A stretch of DNA of 64,000 bases from the human T2T-CHM13v2.0 reference genome, Homo sapiens, in assembly GCF_009914755.1 (NCBI RefSeq), contig NC_060938.1. One strand, 5' to 3'. The translations under genes were made by a program, and so were the position numbers. Shown here one piece after another: positions 56,466 through 64,000 of this stretch. How positions within the stretch are numbered: position 1 is the first letter of the stretch; each line of letters starts with the position of its first letter. The notes beneath the pieces were generated by a model that was not told the origin of the DNA, made no database searches, and was given only the letters and a program-made list of their open reading frames with translations.

Positions 56466-58309
56466 CTATGTCTTGTTCCCTGGCTCTGGGTCTCCTCTTT
56501 GGCTTCCCAAACATGGTACCATCCCTATAGAAGTCAATAGGGGTCTGGCAAATATGAAATGTATTTATTCCATCATAAAAACTTAGGAAAAATTTTATCA
56601 ACAAAAAAAAAAGATTATGTTTTATATAGCAAGTGCTTGTGATTCTTCAGCAGCATTACAACTATGAGTACCTGGGTCCACAGAAAAACCATCTCTCAAC
56701 TTAGAGCCAGATGGACAGTCTCAGAGTCTCCCATTAACATTCACCTGCACTTTGGTCAGTGATTTGCTGGGTGCTTGAGTTTGCTTGCAATAGTAGATGC
56801 CAATGATTTAAAAACAATTAGAAGGAGAGCTTAAAACAGAGATAATTCTATCTGTTCACTTATTTATTGTGTGGTCATTGCCTTTTGTCAGAGGTAAAGC
56901 ATCAGAGGCACAGGATCATAGCCTGAGAGCAGCTGATGTTCATATACCATTCTCAATGTCCTCACTGGTTACATTTCCCAAAATGGAAATCAGTGTTTAG
57001 AATACAGTAAGGCAAAAACCAACCACAATTAACTCAGAAAGGATACACCTAGGGAGCTGTAGCCAAACTCCGAAGACAATACATCTTCCCTCAACCTAAT
57101 GAATAAAAGGGTATTAACTACAAAGTAAACATAGCCCAGGGCAAGGGATTAAGTGACTTTCCTGGGACTGAAGAGAGATGAAGAATAAAGACAGGTTCAG
57201 AATAATGTATATGGGGATTAAGAACTATTAATAAAGCAAGGCAAGAAGTAAGATGTATTTTACTATTAACTATATTTTTGTTAATATATTGATAACTCTT
57301 CGTGCCACTGTAGTTCCTGTTTGGAAAAGGTAAATGAAGGTAAAATTCTGCATACTAAGAGCCACATTGACGAATTCAAATTTAAATGCTAATTGGATAT
57401 AGGAAAGTTACCTCCTAGATCCTTAGTGACTCAAAGTTTGGATCTAACTACAGCTCTAACCCTTACTCTTAATGTCAAAACCCTGCCTTGCATGGTGTCA
57501 GCAGCCTAATTAAAGAAGCACCAGGAGAGTAAAACCAATAACCTTTGTTAAATTACACTATTTTCCCAAAGCCTTATCAATAGCAAACAGCATAGCCAAA
57601 TCCCAGGGATCAAGATGGGGGAATAAAATGTTCCCTGAGGCTTTCAGCAAGATATAATAGGTCTCAAGGAAGACTTCAAAGCCAAGCAAAACCTTCCTCA
57701 GTGCCCTACATAGAATAGCACTGAACTAATAATTTACTCTACTGAACTAGAGCAAGAAATCCTGAGCCCTGTCTGTGGCTTCCTTCTCCCTCCTATGGCC
57801 TTCAGGCAGTGGAACTCCAGGGGTACCAGAACCTTGAGGAAGGGATGCTACACTCTGTTGTTGAGAGGTAAGAGGGACCTCACAGTTAGAATGAGGTTTT
57901 TGTGAGCCTCTACCCATAGTCAGTGCTCTGCTGTCCCTGAGTCCAGAGCAAAAGCCAAGTTCTAAAGTTGGTGGGAGAAAATGTTGCTCTTTAACAGGGA
58001 TGCAGTGACGCCACCACGCTCATACACACACCCTTCAGTGCATCTCTGGGCAATTAGCTAAGATTCTCTGGTCTGCCATTTATTGCTAACTGTGGCTTTG
58101 TTAAGATCAGAGATCTCTGACAGCATGAAGACCAGTCTCCACAGTTCTTCCTGCTCTCATGCCACTGGCCATGGAGAATGGTAGGGGCCTCTGTAATAAA
58201 AAGGAAAGTGTTTACCCACTGGGGCAAAGGCCTATCCAAAAGACAGGCAGCCCAGTGTGGAGGGGATCCCTGATGCCAGGATGTAGCTGCATGTCTGTCA
58301 TGCATAGGA

Positions 58310-58772
58310 CTTACAATCGGCTAAGTGATGGCACCCAACAGTATCAGGTCCTAATTCTTGGAATCTGTAAATGTCACCTTCTATGACAAAGACTTTGCAG
58401 GTAAAATGAAGAATCTTGAGATGGGGAGATTATCTTATCCTGTATTATCCATGTGGGACCAAACATAATCACAAGTACCCTTTTAGGAGAGGCAGAGAAA
58501 GATTGGACACACACAGAAGAGGAGTTGACACAAGGTGACCATGGAGACAGAGATTGAAGTGATATGGCCACAAGCCTAGGAATGCTGGCAGCCACCAGCA
58601 GCTGGAAGAAAGAGCCTGTGAAGGGCATACAGCCCTGCCAACATCTTGATTTGCATCCAGTGATACTAATTTTGGACTTCTGGACTCCAGAACTCAGAGG
58701 GAATAGATTCCTATTGTGTTAAGCCATCAAGTTTGTGGTAACTAGTTACAGTGGCAATATGTAATAGATTCA
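58310..58772 (+). mobile_element. MLT1C/D-like LTR
   Basis: GTCCTAATTCTTGGAATCTGTAAATG...CTTGAGATGGGGAGATTATC...TAAGCCATCAAGTTTGTGGTAA. Confidence 0.82.
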
Positions 58773-58892
58773 AATTATCTAACAGGAGTTTTCTTAAGCA
58801 AAACTTAACTAAGTTTACTTCAGGCTTAAAGAGTACAATTCTTAATGAGAAAAATTACTAGTATGTCCACACAGTGGAAAGTACTGAAACTA

Positions 58893-59398
<506 letters not shown>

Positions 59399-59691
59399 TC
59401 ACTGTATTTGGAGACAGAACCTTTAAATTAAAGAGATAATTGAATTGAATGAGATCATATGGTAAACCCTAATCCAATCTGACTGTTGGCCCTATAAGAA
59501 GAGCAATTTTGGACACACACAAAGAGATATCAGGGATGAGCACCCACAGAGCAAAGACCATGTGAGGACACGGGGAAATGTAGCTATCTGTAAGCCAAAG
59601 ATGGAAGTCTCAGGAGAACCCAACCCTGCCAGCACCTTGATTTTGGACTTCCAGCCTTCAGAACTAGGAGAAAATAAATTTCTGTTGTTTA

Positions 59692-60011
<320 letters not shown>

Positions 60012-61009
60012 TAAGACACCCAGTCTGTGATATTTTGTTTTAGCAGCTCAAAAAGACTGATACAATCAATGACCAAAACCTCTTGCCTCCCCACTTCCAC
60101 ATCCCCCAAGAAGTTTATATATAGTTCCACTCAAACAAGATTGGCCCAAGGAACCCGTGACAGGAGGCCAGTGTTTTTAACATAAACTCACTTTGTTTGT
60201 CTTTCTCTTTGTTGCATTAGAAGGAGTCATCCTGCCCATTCTAGGGTATAAAGCAACCTTCCCCAGAATGGACTGCAAGCACTTCTCCCTCTCTTCCCTT
60301 CTAAGGTAAAGAGCATTTCTTGCAGCAATTCTAAAGGCTACGGCCCTCTTCCAGGAAAAGTGGATGGGCCCTTTTGTGGTTTCGGGGTCTAGGCCTAGCT
60401 AGAGGAAAACTCCAGTGCTTCCTGATGAGCCAGTAACCCCACTCTGAAAGAAAAAAATATGTGTGGGTGTTGTTGGGTAGGGTAGTAAACATTTTGCTAG
60501 ACTGAAGGTGAAGGCAGTGTATAAGGAAAAGAGTCATGACCCTAGAAAGGGGAGAAGAAACCAGAAGTTGCAGATGGAGACCTGTCATCTTGCTTAAGAG
60601 TAACTCCCCAGAGATGGAAAGACCTCTTTATGAGAATAGACAATGGTGACCATAATGGACTTTAGCTCCATGGCACTCCAACCTAAGTGGAGGGAGGTAA
60701 CCGTGAAAAATGACTTTTTTAAACCTGTGCTCTTGATGAGAAGAAGGCATCAAGAAAGACTAAGTACATAGAGACACCACTAGAAGGATAGGCCTGAGTG
60801 GAAGTTGATGAGGACCAGGCAGTTTTCCTAATGGGTGGCCAGAAGGAACATGCCAGCAAGGAAGGGAATCCTGAAACAAAAGGTAAAGCTGTTACACCAA
60901 AGGGCACCAAGTTCACTAATTTTTTTCCCTGTAAGGGAATTCTAGGAAGGGAGCATCTATAAGAAGAAACTCTTTGCTGAGTATTTTAAGTTATATTTGG
61001 AAAATTTTC

Positions 61010-61841
61010 TGTATTAATCAGGTTTCTCCACAGAAACAGAACCAATAGAATATAGATAGATAGAAAAAAATGTATTATAAGATATTGGGCCAGGTGCAGT
61101 GGCTCATGCCTGTAATCTCAACACTTTGGGAGGCTGAGGCAGGAGGATCACTTGGGGTCAGAAGTTCAAGACCAGCCTGGAAAACATAGCAAGACCTCAA
61201 AATTTAAAAATACTAAAAATTTAAAAATTAGCTGTGCATGGTGGTGCATGTCTGTAGTCTCAGCTACTCGGGAGGCTGAGGTGGAAGGAATGCTTGAGCC
61301 TAGGAGTGTGAGGCTTCAGTGAGCCATGACTGTACCACTGCACTCCAGCCTGGATAAGAGAGCAAGACCCTGTATCAAAAAAAAAAAAAATTACCGTAAG
61401 GTATTGTCTCATGGGATTATGAAGGCTGAGGAGTCCCACAGTCTGCCATCTGCAAGCTGGAGGCCCAGGAAAGCCAGTGGTGTAGCCCCAGTACAAACCC
61501 AAAGGCCTGAAGACCAGGGGAGCCAATGGTATAAGTCCCAGTCCAAGTTCAAAGGCCTGAGAACCAGGAGCATGGATGTCCAAGGGCAGGAGAGGATAGA
61601 GGTCCCAGCTCAAGAAGAGAGAACAAATTCACGTTTCTTCCACCTTTTTGTTCTCTCAGGCCCTCAACAGATTGGATGATACTCACCCACATTGGTGAGG
61701 GCATCTTCTTTACTCAGCCCACTAATTCAAATACTGATCTCTTCAGAAACACCCTCGCAGATACACCCAGAAGCAATGATTTCCCAGCCATCTGGGCATC
61801 CCTTACCCCAGTCCAGTTGATCTATAAAATTACGCATCATA
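61010..61841 (-). mobile_element. MLT2B-like (HERV-L) solo LTR containing an AluJ
   Basis: TGTATTAATCAGGTTTCTCCACAGAAACAGAACCAATAG ... CCAGTCCAGTTGATCTATAAAATTACGCATCATA. Confidence 0.88.
61088..61390 (+). mobile_element. AluJ
   Basis: Two arms, A tail, degenerate TSD TAAG(A/G)TATTG. Confidence 0.9.
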
Positions 61842-61846
61842 CCCTG

Positions 61847-62636
<790 letters not shown>

Positions 62637-63255
62637 TCCTTCTTTTCCAAATGTATAATATATGCCAAACTTTTTCATTTTAACTCCCACACCATTCTCC
62701 AGCAATTCCCACCCCACCCAAACACACTCATTCCTCTCTCAATGACTCAGGAAGGTAATGACTCCAGTAGATTAATCACTTCAAAGTATGTAGTATCAAG
62801 GATTTTCAAACTTTTTTTTAAATGAAAGCAAATTCAACCTGTCAACAAAGTGAAAGAGATGTTTCTCCCACATGCTTTTACTTTGATTAAATATTTATTT
62901 TAAACAATATTACATTATTGTCATTTGACAGCCCCCTACCACCCCACTTCAAACCTGGTACCAGGAGGAAATAATCCACTCTATATGCTCTAAAGATAGC
63001 AACCTGACTACAAGGCTTGTGACACTCTTTTCCTCCTGGGCTCCTGAGAAAAAGGGGCCTCCCATGTTAGAAGTTTTATATGCAGTTTCCCATAGAACAG
63101 AAGGCCCAATGCCAAAGACAAAGAAACAAACAAACAATAAAAAACCCACTAAGCAGGCACAAATGATTGTTATGATCCTCAGGATATTTTTAATTTTTTG
63201 TATGGTGGTTCAAAAAATAATTACATTAAAAGCTAACAAGCAAAATAAGCAATAA

Positions 63256-63575
<320 letters not shown>

Positions 63576-64000
63576 AAGAATATTTTTTAAAACTTAGTCT
63601 TTGACATGGAACACATGGTTCTGAAGGCCAGAGATAAGAATTTTTTAGATAACTCACTCACTTGGGCAGAGTCATATTTGTTCAACAACTAAGGTATGAC
63701 TGTTAGGATTGAGTTTGGTTATATGCAATAGATATTTGACTACACTGTCTTCACAAATTATGGTTTATTTTTCTTACAGAACCAGAAATTCAGAAGCAAT
63801 CCCACCATGATGAGAACAGCTGCACAAGGAAATCACAAAGGATCCAGGCTTCTTCTAACTTCTGGCTCTTCCACCTTTTTAGCATGTGACTTTTGCCCTC
63901 ATTGGCACAAGATGACTGCTTAACCCCCAGTCACTGAATCTTTCTTCCAGGGAAGGGGAAAGGCAAAAGACTAAAGGTAAAGATACGTGCCTACTGAACC

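Overview
Primate (most likely human) non-coding genomic DNA, either intergenic or deep intronic. I find no credible protein-coding exon, tRNA/rRNA gene, CpG island or CRISPR array. The listed ORFs are Alu-, L1-, LTR- or low-complexity-derived, or are chance short ORFs. The window is a layered record of transposable elements: about 20 Alus (J, S and Y age), L1 fragments (L1PA/PB/MA/MB/MC type), MIR, L2 and L3/CR1 relics, MaLR and ERVL solo LTRs (MLT1, MST/THE1, MLT2, LTR33-like, two LTR47-like) and hAT DNA transposon relics (MER5, MER58, MER63-like). Many retain readable target-site duplications (TSDs). Subfamily names come from my recollection of the consensus sequences and need RepeatMasker/Dfam confirmation; most boundaries without a TSD are approximate. 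I see no evidence of a new multi-gene system. The most notable structures are: (1) a 33-bp-stem fold-back hairpin inside an LTR47-like promoter, whose end became an Alu insertion site; (2) a diverged ~60-bp direct repeat with C/D-box-like motifs and a position-conserved hairpin; (3) a very young 5'-truncated AluY; (4) an MST LTR fragment that looks retroposed as a polyadenylated RNA; (5) an L1 5'UTR fused to a truncated LTR.
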